NCBI GenBank assembly: GCA_002422665.1 | Contig: DITA01000047.1 | Span: 2,700-66,699 of the forward strand | Length of the DNA stretch: 64,000 bases | Source of the DNA: Flavobacteriales bacterium UBA6196 | Lineage (GTDB): Bacteria > Bacteroidota > Bacteroidia > Flavobacteriales > Weeksellaceae | Direction of reading: 5' to 3' | Shown here: positions 10,310-20,565 of the stretch, piece after piece | Layout of the letters: each line of letters starts with the position of its first letter | Position numbering within the stretch: position 1 is the stretch's first letter | Made by a program: the position numbers and the translations under genes | Notes under the pieces: generated by a model | The model's database searches: none | What the model saw: only the letters and a program-made list of their open reading frames with translations | What the model was told of the DNA's origin: nothing

Positions 10310-11335
10310 ATGATAAAAAACGACCTATATTTAAGAGCATTACGAGGCGAAACTGTAGAAAGACCACCAGTTTGGATGATGAGACAAGCAGGAAGATATT
10401 TGCCAGAATTCATCGCACTTCGTGACCAATATGATTTCTTCACGCGTTGTCAAACTCCAGAATTGGCAGCAGAAATTACTGTTCAACCGATTAGAAGATT
10501 TCCGCTAGATGCAGCGATTTTATTTTCTGATATTTTGGTAGTTCCACAAGCGATGGGAATTGATTTCAAAATGAAAGAAGCAGTTGGACCATGGTTAGAC
10601 ACACCAATAAGAACTTTAGAACAAGTACAAAATCTGCAAGTAGAAGGAGCAGAAGAAAATCTGAAATATGTTTATGATGCAATTGACATCACTTTACAGA
10701 AATTAGAAAACGAAATTCCTTTGATTGGTTTTGCTGGTTCACCTTGGACACTTCTTTGTTATGCAGTAGAAGGAAAAGGTTCTAAATCTTTTGATATTGC
10801 GAAGTCATTTTGCTTTACTCAACCAGAAGCAGCACATTTGCTTTTACAAAAAATTACAGACGTAACCATCGCTTATTTAAAGAGAAAAGTACAAAGCGGA
10901 GTTTCTGCGGTACAGATTTTTGATTCTTGGGGCGGAATGCTTTCTCCAGAAGATTATCAAGAGTTTTCTTGGAAATACATTAATCAAATTGTAGAAGCTC
11001 TAGCTCCAGAAGCTCACGTTGTAGTTTTTGCGAAAGGTTGTTGGTACGCTCTAGAAGAAATGACAAAATCTAAAGTTTCTGCTCTTGGTGTGGATTGGAC
11101 AATCACTCCAGAATTGGCAAGAAAATTTACCAATAATTCTATCACTCTTCAAGGAAATTTTGATCCTGCAAGATTACATTCTTCGCCAGAAGTGATTAGA
11201 AAAATGGTTCATGATATGATTGATAGATTTGGCAAAGACAAATACATTGCTAATCTAGGTCACGGAATTTTGCCAAACATTCCTTTAGAAAACGCCGAAG
11301 CTTTTATTAGAGCGGTAGTAGAATGGAAAGGTTAA
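10310..11335 (+). CDS. hemE: Uroporphyrinogen decarboxylase
   Basis: [24 protein letters not shown] and NLGHGI motifs; ATG 10310 preferred. Confidence 0.96.
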   Translation: MIKNDLYLRALRGETVERPPVWMMRQAGRYLPEFIALRDQYDFFTRCQTPELAAEITVQPIRRFPLDAAILFSDILVVPQAMGIDFKMKEAVGPWLDTPIRTLEQVQNLQVEGAEENLKYVYDAIDITLQKLENEIPLIGFAGSPWTLLCYAVEGKGSKSFDIAKSFCFTQPEAAHLLLQKITDVTIAYLKRKVQSGVSAVQIFDSWGGMLSPEDYQEFSWKYINQIVEALAPEAHVVVFAKGCWYALEEMTKSKVSALGVDWTITPELARKFTNNSITLQGNFDPARLHSSPEVIRKMVHDMIDRFGKDKYIANLGHGILPNIPLENAEAFIRAVVEWKG

Positions 11336-11355
11336 AATCCTTCTTTATATCAACT

Positions 11356-11385
11356 AAAAATCCTCAGAATTATCTGAGGATTTTT
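11356..11385. terminator. Bidirectional intrinsic terminator (hemE / nitroreductase)
   Basis: AAAAATCCTCAGA-ATTA-TCTGAGGATTTTT. Confidence 0.85.
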
Positions 11386-11388
11386 GTA

Positions 11389-12021
11389 TTATTTCACTTC
11401 TGTGATAAATTTATCTTTTGGTTTTCTTACTTTTTCAAGTTTTTCTAACCAGTCTTTTTCAGTGTCTCTGTAACCAAGTGGTAAAAGTAAAACACTTCTT
11501 AATCCTTTTTCTCTTAAACCAAGAATTTCGTCTACTTTTTCTGGGCTGAAACCTTCCATTGGAGTAGCATCTACGCCTTCGAAAGCAGCAGCAATAATCG
11601 CAGCGCCAAATGCAATGTACGCTTGTTTTGCAGTGTGTACGAAGTTTTCTTCCGCAGATTTAGGAACATAAGTGTTCAATAAAAATTGTCTGTAGTTTTC
11701 CCAACCATCATTAGTAAAACCTCTTACTTCGTTCGTTAAATCAAACATATAGTTTATTCTTTCTGCAGTGTAAGTATCCCAAGCTGCGAAAACCAAAACA
11801 TGAGAAGCATCTGCAACTTGCGGTTGATTACTTGCTGCTTCTTTTAATTGATTTTTAACATCTTGATTAGACACCACGAAAATTTCGAAAGGCTGTAAAC
11901 CGCTAGAAGTAGGAGCAAGACGAGCTGCTTCTAAAATTCTTTCTGATTTTTCATCGCTTACTTTTTCTCCGTTCATCGCTTTTGCAGCGTATCTCCACTT
12001 TAATTTATCTAATAATTCCAT
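11389..12021 (-). CDS. NAD(P)H-dependent nitroreductase (NfsB-like)
   Basis: WRYAAK, APTSSGLQP and TPMEGF motifs. Confidence 0.9.
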   Translation of the reverse strand: MELLDKLKWRYAAKAMNGEKVSDEKSERILEAARLAPTSSGLQPFEIFVVSNQDVKNQLKEAASNQPQVADASHVLVFAAWDTYTAERINYMFDLTNEVRGFTNDGWENYRQFLLNTYVPKSAEENFVHTAKQAYIAFGAAIIAAAFEGVDATPMEGFSPEKVDEILGLREKGLRSVLLLPLGYRDTEKDWLEKLEKVRKPKDKFITEVK

Positions 12022-12102
12022 TTTATAAAAAATTTTTTACAAAGATAAGTTATGATTAGCGGTTTTGTCATTGATTTATGTTAAGAAAAGCATAGAAAAA
12101 AT

Positions 12103-12128
12103 AAACCGTTCAAAAAATAGAACGGTTT
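12103..12128 (-). terminator. Intrinsic terminator after GH3 gene
   Basis: AAACCGTTC/GAACGGTTT stem. Confidence 0.7.
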
Positions 12129-13642
12129 TATTTATTCAACTCCAAAAGTGGATCGATGTATTCTCTGTCGTTGCTCAATCGTGGCACTTTGTTTTGTCCG
12201 CCTAGTTTTCCTCTAGATTCCATCCATTGATAGAAAAGTTTTTCTTTTGCCATGTGAATAATTGGCGGATTCAGCGTCATATTGAGGTAACGCTTCGCTT
12301 CGTAATCTGAATTGATAGATTTTAAAGTATCATCAAAAATTTTAGAAAACGCTTCGAAATTATTCGGATGTTTGGCAAATTCAATCAACCATTCATGGGC
12401 TCCAGATTTTCCTTCGCTCATAAAAACGGGCGCTCCTGTATAATCTGAAACGTGAGCTTCTGTGGCATCACAAGCTTTTTTAAGCGCAGTTTCTACATTG
12501 TCTATCATTAATTCTTCGCCAAAAGCATTGATGTAATGTTTGGTTCTGCCAGAAATCTGAATTCTATGCGGAGAAAGAGATGTAAATTTTACGGTATCAC
12601 CGATTAAGTAACGCCAAAGTCCACCATTGGTAGAAATAACCACTGCATAATTTTTGCCGAGTGCTACTTCTTCTAAAGGAATCGCTTGAAGATTATTTCG
12701 GTCAAATTTATCCATCGGAATAAATTCGTAGAAAATTCCGTAATCGAGCATCAGAAGCATTTCGTCACTACCACTTCTGTCTTGAATTCCGAAGAAACCT
12801 TCAGAAGCATTGTAAATTTCGTAGTAATTAATGTCTTTTCCGATGATTTTTTTATACTGTTCTCTGTACGGTTTAAAACTGATTCCACCGTGGAAAAACA
12901 CTTCTAAATTTGGGAAAATGTCAGAAATATTGCCTTTTCCTGTTTCGGTTAAAATTCTTTGAAGCAAAACCATCATCCAACTTGGAACGCCAGTTAAACT
13001 TCCTACATCTTGATTTTTAACTTCCGAAACGATGGCTTTCAGTTTGGTTTCCCATTCTGACATTAGGGAAGTTTTTTTGCTGGGAACCGTGGTGATTTCT
13101 ACCCAAAAAGGAAGATTTTCTATCAAAATAGCAGATAAATCTCCGAACTTAGTATTGAAACTTTCGTACAATTCTGCACTTCCGCCTAATCTTAAATTTT
13201 TATTGAGAAATAATTGATTATCAGGGTGATTATTTGCATAAATGGAAATTAAATCCTTTCCTGCTTTGTAATGGCAATCTTCTAGACTTTCGTCTGAAAT
13301 AGGAATGAATTTGCTCTTTGCATTGGTCGTTCCAGAAGATTTAGCAAACTGGCGAATAACTCCTGGCCAAGAGATATCTTTTTGACCTTGTCTTGCTTTT
13401 TCTATGTAAGGCTCGAACTCTTCATAGTTTACGATAGGAACTTGTTGCTGAAAATCTCGGTAAGAAGAAATGTCTTTGAACCCGAATTTTTTGCCGTATT
13501 CTGTTTCTTCTGCATGAAAAAGTTGAGAAAATAAAACTCCGTTTTGAGTTTCAATAGGATGTTTCATAAAATTCTGAATTTGGTCTATTCTTTGTCGAAT
13601 AAACCAGTTTACAGCCATATTGAAGAGAGCTTTTGTTGCCAT
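12128..13642 (-). CDS. GH3-family adenylate-forming (acyl-amido synthetase-like) protein
   Basis: KSSGTT..KFIP, YNASEGF, GLWRYLIGD and GQNKVPRL motifs. Confidence 0.9.
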   Translation of the reverse strand: MATKALFNMAVNWFIRQRIDQIQNFMKHPIETQNGVLFSQLFHAEETEYGKKFGFKDISSYRDFQQQVPIVNYEEFEPYIEKARQGQKDISWPGVIRQFAKSSGTTNAKSKFIPISDESLEDCHYKAGKDLISIYANNHPDNQLFLNKNLRLGGSAELYESFNTKFGDLSAILIENLPFWVEITTVPSKKTSLMSEWETKLKAIVSEVKNQDVGSLTGVPSWMMVLLQRILTETGKGNISDIFPNLEVFFHGGISFKPYREQYKKIIGKDINYYEIYNASEGFFGIQDRSGSDEMLLMLDYGIFYEFIPMDKFDRNNLQAIPLEEVALGKNYAVVISTNGGLWRYLIGDTVKFTSLSPHRIQISGRTKHYINAFGEELMIDNVETALKKACDATEAHVSDYTGAPVFMSEGKSGAHEWLIEFAKHPNNFEAFSKIFDDTLKSINSDYEAKRYLNMTLNPPIIHMAKEKLFYQWMESRGKLGGQNKVPRLSNDREYIDPLLELNK

Positions 13643-13690
13643 TGCTCAAATTTAATAAAATTTTTGAGAATTTTGTAATTTGAATGCAAC

Positions 13691-13721
13691 AAAAATCCGC
13701 TCTAAAAATTTAGAACGGATT
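13691..13721 (-). terminator. Intrinsic terminator after bacilliredoxin gene
   Basis: AATCCG..CTAAA/TTTAG..CGGATT stem with minus-strand U-tract. Confidence 0.65.
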
Positions 13722-13743
13722 GAGGATTATTTTAGAGAAAATT

Positions 13744-14154
13744 TTAGCAAAATTCTTCGTAAGCTGCTTGTAAATTTGCTGCAATAGCACCAGCAGGATT
13801 TCCTTCGATGTGGTGTCTTTCTAACATGTGAACTAATTCGCCATCTTTGAAAAGTGCTACACAAGGTGAACTTGGTGGGAATGGCGCAAAATGTTTTCTA
13901 GCTTCTGCTACCGCTTCTGTGTCAAAACCTGCAAAAACAGTAGTCAAATGGTCTGGTTTTTTATCACCAGTTAAAGAATAAATAACACCTGGTCTTGCTG
14001 CTCCTGCTGCGCAACCACAAACCGAATTTACCATAACTAGGGTAGTTCCCGGTTGTTTAAGTGCATCATTTACTTGTTCTGCTGAGGTAAGGTCTTGGAA
14101 ACCTTTATCTGTGAGTTCTGCCTTCATTGGCATTACTAAATCTGCTGGATACAT
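13744..14154 (-). CDS. BrxA/BrxB family bacilliredoxin
   Basis: VNSVCGCAAG..RPG, TVFAG and PPSSP motifs. Confidence 0.92.
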   Translation of the reverse strand: MYPADLVMPMKAELTDKGFQDLTSAEQVNDALKQPGTTLVMVNSVCGCAAGAARPGVIYSLTGDKKPDHLTTVFAGFDTEAVAEARKHFAPFPPSSPCVALFKDGELVHMLERHHIEGNPAGAIAANLQAAYEEFC

Positions 14155-14293
14155 AATATATATTTTATTTAATGATTAGAAAATTCAAGATTTTGTAGTG
14201 CAAATTTATAATTAAAATTTGGAAAATTCTATTTAATTCTATTATCAAAAATATGCCAAAAATCTATTAAGACAAAATGACTCCTTTTTAATG

Positions 14294-14325
14294 AAAAAAG
14301 CCGATGAATTTTTCATCGGCTCTTT
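14294..14325 (-). terminator. Intrinsic terminator at end of dcw/yqeY transcript
   Basis: AGCCGATGAA/TTCATCGGCT stem with minus-strand U-tract. Confidence 0.8.
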
Positions 14326-14346
14326 ATCGTTAATATGAAAATTTAA

Positions 14347-14793
14347 TTATGATAATAGTTTTTTCACCATTTCAGAGATGGATTTTCCATCTGATTTTCC
14401 TGCCAAAGTTTTAGAAGCAGTTCCCATAACTTTTCCTAAGTCTTTTAGAGATTCTGCGCCTACTTCTGTAATGATTTTTTTAATTTCTGCTTCTAATTCT
14501 TCCGCAGAAAGTTGAGCAGGTAAAAATTGTTCAATCACTTTCATTTGTGCCAATTCTACTTCTGCCAAATCATTTCTGTTTTGAGCAACAAATTGTTCGT
14601 AAGAATCTTTTCTTTGCTTAATCATTCTTTGAAGAATGGCAATTTCTTGTTCTGCAGAAACATCAGCTCCTTTTGCTTCAGTTTTGAGCAGGAGAATTTG
14701 AGATTTTACGGCTCTTAGAGAGTCAAGAGCAACTTTGTCTTTTTCTCTCATTGCGGTTTTAATCGCTTCGTTTATGGTAAGTTCTAAACTCAT
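14347..14793 (-). CDS. GatB/YqeY domain protein
   Basis: IKTAMREKD..LR, KQRKDS..QF, FLPAQL and DLGKVMG motifs. Confidence 0.92.
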   Translation of the reverse strand: MSLELTINEAIKTAMREKDKVALDSLRAVKSQILLLKTEAKGADVSAEQEIAILQRMIKQRKDSYEQFVAQNRNDLAEVELAQMKVIEQFLPAQLSAEELEAEIKKIITEVGAESLKDLGKVMGTASKTLAGKSDGKSISEMVKKLLS

Positions 14794-14814
14794 TTTTTCT
14801 AAATTTTGAAAATT

Positions 14815-16734
14815 TTAATCTACGTCTTTGTTTAAAAACTTGTTTTCTCTAAGTTGTACTCTTCCGTTGTTTTCAGAAAGGAAACTAGAAATCTGCTGTT
14901 GAGAAGCATTTTCGTGACCAATATTGATGTTTTTTCTTCTGAAAGCAGGAATGTTTTCGAATTCATTTTCGTTTTCTATCGTCTGATAACGAGAGTTGAA
15001 CTCTTTTAATTTATCTCTTCTTGCCTGAACTTTTTCTGTGGCAGTATTTTTTTCGATAAATTTAAATTCCTCTTCAATTTTAGTTTCTGTAAAAGTGATT
15101 TTTTCTTCGGTGTGATTTTCAAACACAGTTTTTACTTCTTCTATTTCTTCTGCAATTTTGAAGGTAAATTCAATAGGTTTTTCTTCAACTAAAGTTTTCG
15201 TTTCTGCTTTTGGTTTATAAGTTTCTGCCGTTTTTTCTTCTAAAATGAAAGAAATTTCTTCTTTGGTTTCTTCCACAGAAAGTTTCACATTTTCTACTTC
15301 TTGTGCAGCATTAAACTGAGTTTCTTCAATAATAGTCGTTTTCTTTTCTTCTGTTTCAAAAGTGAAAGATTGAGATTCTAAAACGTCTTCATCATCAAAT
15401 GAAAATAATTCTAAAACATTATTTTCTTGTTCTTCTACTTCAAAAGTTTGATGACTGCTTTCGATGCTTAAACTTTCGTCTTCAAAAAATCTAAGTTCTT
15501 CTATTCTTTCTTCCATTACAGCTGCTTGTGTTTCTGCAAATTGATTCACAGAATTACTTGGGAAGTCTGGAGTACTGCTATCATTAGAATCATCTAAGAA
15601 AAACATGCTTTTTGATGAATTTTGCATTGGATTTTCTTGAGATTTTTCAGTAGAAGTTCTGCCAAATGGAGATTCTCTCTTCACTTTTGGAGAAGAAGGA
15701 CTGTCTTCTAATGAGTATCTAATTTTTTCGGTAGGACCTGCATATTTTTGATCATCCGCTGCAAAACCAGTGGCAATAACCAATACACTTATAGAATCTC
15801 CCAATTCTGCATCTGTTCCTACACCGAAGATAATATCTGCAGTGTTTCCTGCTTCGCGCTGAATGTGGTCATTAATTAAGCCGATTTCATCCATTGTAGC
15901 TTCTTCGTTTCCACTTCTGATAAGTAGAAGAACGTTTTTAGCTCCTGTGATTTTATTATCATTCAATAATGGAGAATCGAGTGCTTTTTTCACTGCTTCT
16001 TCTGCTTTATTTTCGCCAGAAGCTGTTCCTGTAGACATGAGTGCGGTACCAGAATTATGTAAAACTGAACGTGCATCACGGAAGTCTATATTTACATCGA
16101 AATAACCAGTAATCACTTCTGCCATACCTTTAGCAGCATTGGCTAACACTTCATCTGCCTTAGCAAAACCAGATTTGAAGCCAAGGTTACCAAATTGCTG
16201 ACGAAGTTTATCGTTATTAATAACAATTAAGGAATCTACATTATTGCGAAGTTTTTCTAAACCATTTTCGGCTTGTTCTAGTCTTCTTTTTCCTTCAAAA
16301 CTAAAAGGAACGGTAACAATACCAATGGTTAAAATTCCCATTTCTTTAGCGATTTTTGCAATAACAGGAGCAGCACCAGTACCTGTTCCGCCACCCATTC
16401 CTGCGGTAATGAAAACCATTTTGGTATTATGACCTAGAACAGCTTTGATTTCATCAATACTTTCTAAGGCAGATTTTTCTCCAACTTCTGGATCTGCTCC
16501 AGCTCCTAAACCTTCTGTAATGGCAGCTCCTAACTGAACTTTTGTAGAAATTGGGTTATTATCTAGTGTTTGTGCATCGGTGTTACAAATGATAAAATCT
16601 ACTCCATGAATTCCTTTCTCGTACATGTGTTTCAACGCATTGTTACCTCCACCACCTACACCAATCACTTTTATGATAGATGAATTTCCTTTTGGTAAAT
16701 CGAATGAAAACCCTGTATTTAATGTATTTTCCAT
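14815..16734 (-). CDS. ftsZ: Cell division protein FtsZ with long acidic linker
   Basis: VGGGGNNA and GMGGGTGTG motifs; C-terminal PAFRR...ENKFL..VD. Confidence 0.97.
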   Translation of the reverse strand: MENTLNTGFSFDLPKGNSSIIKVIGVGGGGNNALKHMYEKGIHGVDFIICNTDAQTLDNNPISTKVQLGAAITEGLGAGADPEVGEKSALESIDEIKAVLGHNTKMVFITAGMGGGTGTGAAPVIAKIAKEMGILTIGIVTVPFSFEGKRRLEQAENGLEKLRNNVDSLIVINNDKLRQQFGNLGFKSGFAKADEVLANAAKGMAEVITGYFDVNIDFRDARSVLHNSGTALMSTGTASGENKAEEAVKKALDSPLLNDNKITGAKNVLLLIRSGNEEATMDEIGLINDHIQREAGNTADIIFGVGTDAELGDSISVLVIATGFAADDQKYAGPTEKIRYSLEDSPSSPKVKRESPFGRTSTEKSQENPMQNSSKSMFFLDDSNDSSTPDFPSNSVNQFAETQAAVMEERIEELRFFEDESLSIESSHQTFEVEEQENNVLELFSFDDEDVLESQSFTFETEEKKTTIIEETQFNAAQEVENVKLSVEETKEEISFILEEKTAETYKPKAETKTLVEEKPIEFTFKIAEEIEEVKTVFENHTEEKITFTETKIEEEFKFIEKNTATEKVQARRDKLKEFNSRYQTIENENEFENIPAFRRKNINIGHENASQQQISSFLSENNGRVQLRENKFLNKDVD

Positions 16735-16786
16735 ATATTTTCGATGTATAAAAGTTACTTACTTATTTTAGTGTTATTCGTTTTAA

Positions 16787-18142
16787 TTATTCTACTTCTT
16801 CGAAGAATTTTTTTACTTTTTCAAGGATAGATTGTCCAAAAGTAGGTTTGTTTTTCTTCACTTCCTCGATGTGTTGTGTGATTTCTTGCTCCTCAGTTTT
16901 TATTTCTTCTACCGTATTTTCTGTTTGAGGAACTTCTATTACTTTTGGCTCTTCTACAGGTTTTTCTACAGGTTTTTTGTCGTGAATTTTTAAACTTTCC
17001 ATCAATAAACCAATTGAAGTTGCAAACTCTGGAGATTTCAAATATTGGTTTTTGTCATTGGCAATATATTCATTGGCAAAACCAATTCTCGCATCAAATC
17101 CTGTTACATAATTGGCTAACTGACGAAGGTTTTTAAGATTAGAACCGCCTCCTGTTAACACAATTCCTGCGATGAGTTTGCGTTTTTGTTCATAAGCTCC
17201 ATAAGCTTTTAATTCTGTATTTACCATTTCGAGAATTTCTTCTACTCTTGCATTGATAATACTTGCCAAAGATTTTAGAGAAATTTCTTTGTCTGGTCTT
17301 CCGTGTAAACCAGGAATGGTAACAAACGTAGAATCTTTTTCTAAATCTGGTACAGCAGACCCGAATTTTACTTTCAGTTGCTCTGCGTGTTTTTCTATGA
17401 TTGAACAGCCTTCTTTAATATCATCTGTGATAATTCCGCCACCATAAGGAATAACGCAAGTATGACGAATGATGTTATCTTTAAAAATAGCAATATCTGT
17501 AGTACCACCACCGATGTCTACGATGGCAACTCCTGCTTCTTTTTCTTCAGTAGTAAGAACAGCTTCTGAAGAGGCAAGAGGTTCTAATGTAAGGGCTTCC
17601 ATTTCTAAACCAGCTTCGCGAACGCAACGTGCGATATTTCTGATGCTTCCCATTTGACCCACGACTACGTGGAAATTTGCTTCCAGACGTTTTCCGTGCA
17701 TGCCGATTGGTTCTTGGATTTCGCCTTCAGAATCTACTTTGTACTCTTGTGGAAGCACGTGAATGATTTCTTCACCAGGAAGCATGACCAGCTTTTTTAC
17801 TTGGTCTTTTAAGATTTCTATATCTTCATCTGTGATATATTTATCTGGGTTTTCTCTCATGATGTAATCTGAGTGTTGCAGACTACGAATGTGTTTGCCT
17901 GCGATACCTACAGTTACTCTATGAATAGGAACTCCTGAAGATTTTTCTGCTTCTGAAATAGCAGCTTTGATAGAGCTTATCGTTTGAGAAATATTATTCA
18001 CAATTCCTTTGTGAACTCCCAAACTTTTGGCTTTACCTACGCCTAAAACTTCAATTTTTCCGTGGGCATTTTTTCTGCCTACAATGGCAACAATTTTCGT
18101 GGTACCAATGTCTAAACCTACTGAATAATCATGTGTTTCCAT
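16787..18142 (-). CDS. ftsA: Cell division protein FtsA
   Basis: GLDIGTTK, VDIGGGTT and VLTGGGS motifs. Confidence 0.96.
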   Translation of the reverse strand: METHDYSVGLDIGTTKIVAIVGRKNAHGKIEVLGVGKAKSLGVHKGIVNNISQTISSIKAAISEAEKSSGVPIHRVTVGIAGKHIRSLQHSDYIMRENPDKYITDEDIEILKDQVKKLVMLPGEEIIHVLPQEYKVDSEGEIQEPIGMHGKRLEANFHVVVGQMGSIRNIARCVREAGLEMEALTLEPLASSEAVLTTEEKEAGVAIVDIGGGTTDIAIFKDNIIRHTCVIPYGGGIITDDIKEGCSIIEKHAEQLKVKFGSAVPDLEKDSTFVTIPGLHGRPDKEISLKSLASIINARVEEILEMVNTELKAYGAYEQKRKLIAGIVLTGGGSNLKNLRQLANYVTGFDARIGFANEYIANDKNQYLKSPEFATSIGLLMESLKIHDKKPVEKPVEEPKVIEVPQTENTVEEIKTEEQEITQHIEEVKKNKPTFGQSILEKVKKFFEEVE

Positions 18143-18160
18143 ATATTGCTGTTCTCTTTT

Positions 18161-18982
18161 TTAATTAGTTGTTTTTTCTTCGGTTTTTTGTGTTCCTGTT
18201 ACGGTGTTTATTGGGGTTTGTTCATTTGTTTGTAAACTGTCTTCTTCGGGTTTATAACCAGAATTAAGAGTGGTTATGATTTGGTTATCATATTTCACAG
18301 AAATTTTAGAATATTTTTCTGGAGCTTGATAGACCAAATATTTTTCTACAAATGTTTTAAAACCTTTTACTTTAAAGTCTATTCTATCTAAATCACCGAT
18401 TTCTACTTTATAATTTCCATCGCTGGTTGCAAGATTGTAGTTTCCGTTTTCTTTTGTGATTCCTACAAAGAAATTTTTGCAGAAACTGTCTTTGTTTATT
18501 TTTTCTATTAACTCAATGAGTTTTTTATACTCTTTCTTCTTCACATCGCCAGAAACCAGCATGCAAGGATGAGAGTATGTTTTAGAAATTGGGAATTCTA
18601 TTCCTTTTTTGTCTACATAAAATCCTTTTCCGCCATTATTTAATCTAAAAACAGGAACTCTTTGTTTAATATCTACATTAAGTTTTCCATTTAAATTCAA
18701 ATAAACGTTTGCGCTATCTACAGCAGGCAATTCGTTTAATTTTTTTTCTAAACTCGGGATATCTACATCGCCCACTTTTTTTGTGGTATTATACCTTTCT
18801 ACAATGGTTCTAATGTCTTTTTCGTCCACAAAATAAACAGGAGAGGAGCTATCATTTAATTTTACGATGATAGATTGCTCATCAATTTTTCGGTCATTGA
18901 ATCTCTTCAAAGAGAAGCTCAATAGAAATCCGAAGATGACTACTGTGACAAAAATTTTGAGAATTCTCCACTTGTTTTTCAT
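18161..18982 (-). CDS. ftsQ: Cell division protein FtsQ
   Basis: Single TM plus POTRA-like region (QRVPVFR); between murC and ftsA. Confidence 0.85.
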   Translation of the reverse strand: MKNKWRILKIFVTVVIFGFLLSFSLKRFNDRKIDEQSIIVKLNDSSSPVYFVDEKDIRTIVERYNTTKKVGDVDIPSLEKKLNELPAVDSANVYLNLNGKLNVDIKQRVPVFRLNNGGKGFYVDKKGIEFPISKTYSHPCMLVSGDVKKKEYKKLIELIEKINKDSFCKNFFVGITKENGNYNLATSDGNYKVEIGDLDRIDFKVKGFKTFVEKYLVYQAPEKYSKISVKYDNQIITTLNSGYKPEEDSLQTNEQTPINTVTGTQKTEEKTTN

Positions 18983-19009
18983 AAACTTACTTCCGAGTTT
19001 TTTCTAATT

Positions 19010-20362
19010 TTAATTTTTCAATGTACCAATCCAATTCATAATTGGGTCATACAAAGTGTCTATGTTTCCTGCACCTACTGTAAGCAAAATATCAAAATCT
19101 TTTTCTTTGATTTTGTCAAAAGCTTCGCTTAAACTGCACACTTCTTTTTTCTCTAACTGTACTTTTTCTAGCAACCAATCAGAAGTTACCCCTTCAAAAT
19201 CTTTTTGTAATTCTCTTGCTGGATAAATGTCTAATAATAACAATTCATCTGCTGCCGCTAAACTTTCTGCAAAACCATCTGCAAAATCTCTGGTTCTGCT
19301 GAATAAATGTGGCTGAAACGCTACCAACAGTTTTTTATTTGGGTTAAAAGTTCTGATGGAACCTATCACCGCATTCAGTTCTGTAGGGTGGTGTGCATAA
19401 TCATCTACATAAATTTTTCCGTTTTCAAAAGTATGTTTGGTATAACGTCTTTTAATTCCTTTGAAACTAGAAATCCCTTCTTGTAATGCTGTAAAATCTG
19501 CTCCTAAATTGTGCAAAACAGCAATCGCAGCAGTTGCATTTTCCACATTATGCGTTCCCGGAATTTGCCATGCAAATTCTACGGTTTGTTCGCCTGCATG
19601 AAAATCAAACATCATCCAACCATCTACAATATGCAGATTATCAGAATAATAATCAGCTTCTTCATTTACTGCATACGTTTTGCAAGGTCTGCCAATATTT
19701 ACGCCTTTTCTCACGAAAAGTTGGTCGTTTTCTGGCACTAAATCTGCAAAATCTCTAAATCCTTGTTCTATGGTTTCTGTGTCTCCATAAATATCAAGAT
19801 GGTCTGCATCAATAGAAGTAATAATTGCCCAATCTGGTGAAAGATTAAGGAAACTTCTGTCATACTCATCTGCTTCTAAAACAGACATTTCTGTTCCGTT
19901 AAAGATGAAATTTGACTTATAATTTTCTGCAATTCCACCTAAAAATCCTGAAAATGGAAGATTCGCCACTTTGCAAAGATGTGCTACCAAACTTGAAGTA
20001 GTAGTTTTGCCATGCGTTCCAGCTACTGCGATACAATTGGTATCTTCGGTAATCATTCCGAGAACTTTTGCACGTTTTAAAACTTCAAAACCATTTTCAT
20101 TAAAGTAGTCTAAAATTCCCAAAACTTTAATTGCAGGTGTATAAATCACTAATGTTTCTTCTTTCTTCAAAGACGAAATTTTCTCATCTACCACATCTTC
20201 AAAAGTGATAGAAATTCCTTCCTTTTGAAGCTCTGTAGTGAGTTTGGTTTCGGTTTTATCATAACCCAAAACATTTTTCCCGGCAGCATGGAAATATCTT
20301 GCCAAAGCAGACATCCCGATTCCACCGATTCCTACGAAGTAAAAGTTTTTATACTGTATCAT
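19010..20362 (-). CDS. murC: UDP-N-acetylmuramate--L-alanine ligase
   Basis: GIGGIGMS, AGTHGKTTT and DDYAHHP motifs. Confidence 0.96.
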   Translation of the reverse strand: MIQYKNFYFVGIGGIGMSALARYFHAAGKNVLGYDKTETKLTTELQKEGISITFEDVVDEKISSLKKEETLVIYTPAIKVLGILDYFNENGFEVLKRAKVLGMITEDTNCIAVAGTHGKTTTSSLVAHLCKVANLPFSGFLGGIAENYKSNFIFNGTEMSVLEADEYDRSFLNLSPDWAIITSIDADHLDIYGDTETIEQGFRDFADLVPENDQLFVRKGVNIGRPCKTYAVNEEADYYSDNLHIVDGWMMFDFHAGEQTVEFAWQIPGTHNVENATAAIAVLHNLGADFTALQEGISSFKGIKRRYTKHTFENGKIYVDDYAHHPTELNAVIGSIRTFNPNKKLLVAFQPHLFSRTRDFADGFAESLAAADELLLLDIYPARELQKDFEGVTSDWLLEKVQLEKKEVCSLSEAFDKIKEKDFDILLTVGAGNIDTLYDPIMNWIGTLKN

Positions 20363-20368
20363 TTCATT

Positions 20369-20551
20369 TTATTTAAAGAATTTTCCTATAATTTCAAAAA
20401 TCGTAATCAAAATATTTGAATTATCAGATTCTTTATATAGGATTTTAATTCCTTTCTTTTTTCTCTTATTATGAGAGATAAAAAGCATTATCCAAATACT
20501 AATTACAACTAATACGATTACGATTAAAGCAATATTATCTTTTGAAAACAC
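20369..20551 (-). CDS. Small single-TM hypothetical protein between murG and murC
   Basis: GTG-start 60 aa ORF fills the intergenic gap, co-directional; TM followed by basic stretch. Confidence 0.55.
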   Translation of the reverse strand: MFSKDNIALIVIVLVVISIWIMLFISHNKRKKKGIKILYKESDNSNILITIFEIIGKFFK

Positions 20552-20565
20552 TTTTATATAAATTT

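Noticed and set aside
14815-15720. Long acidic low-complexity FtsZ linker as an insertion or intein
   Set aside because: Extended linkers are usual in Bacteroidota FtsZ; no intein motifs
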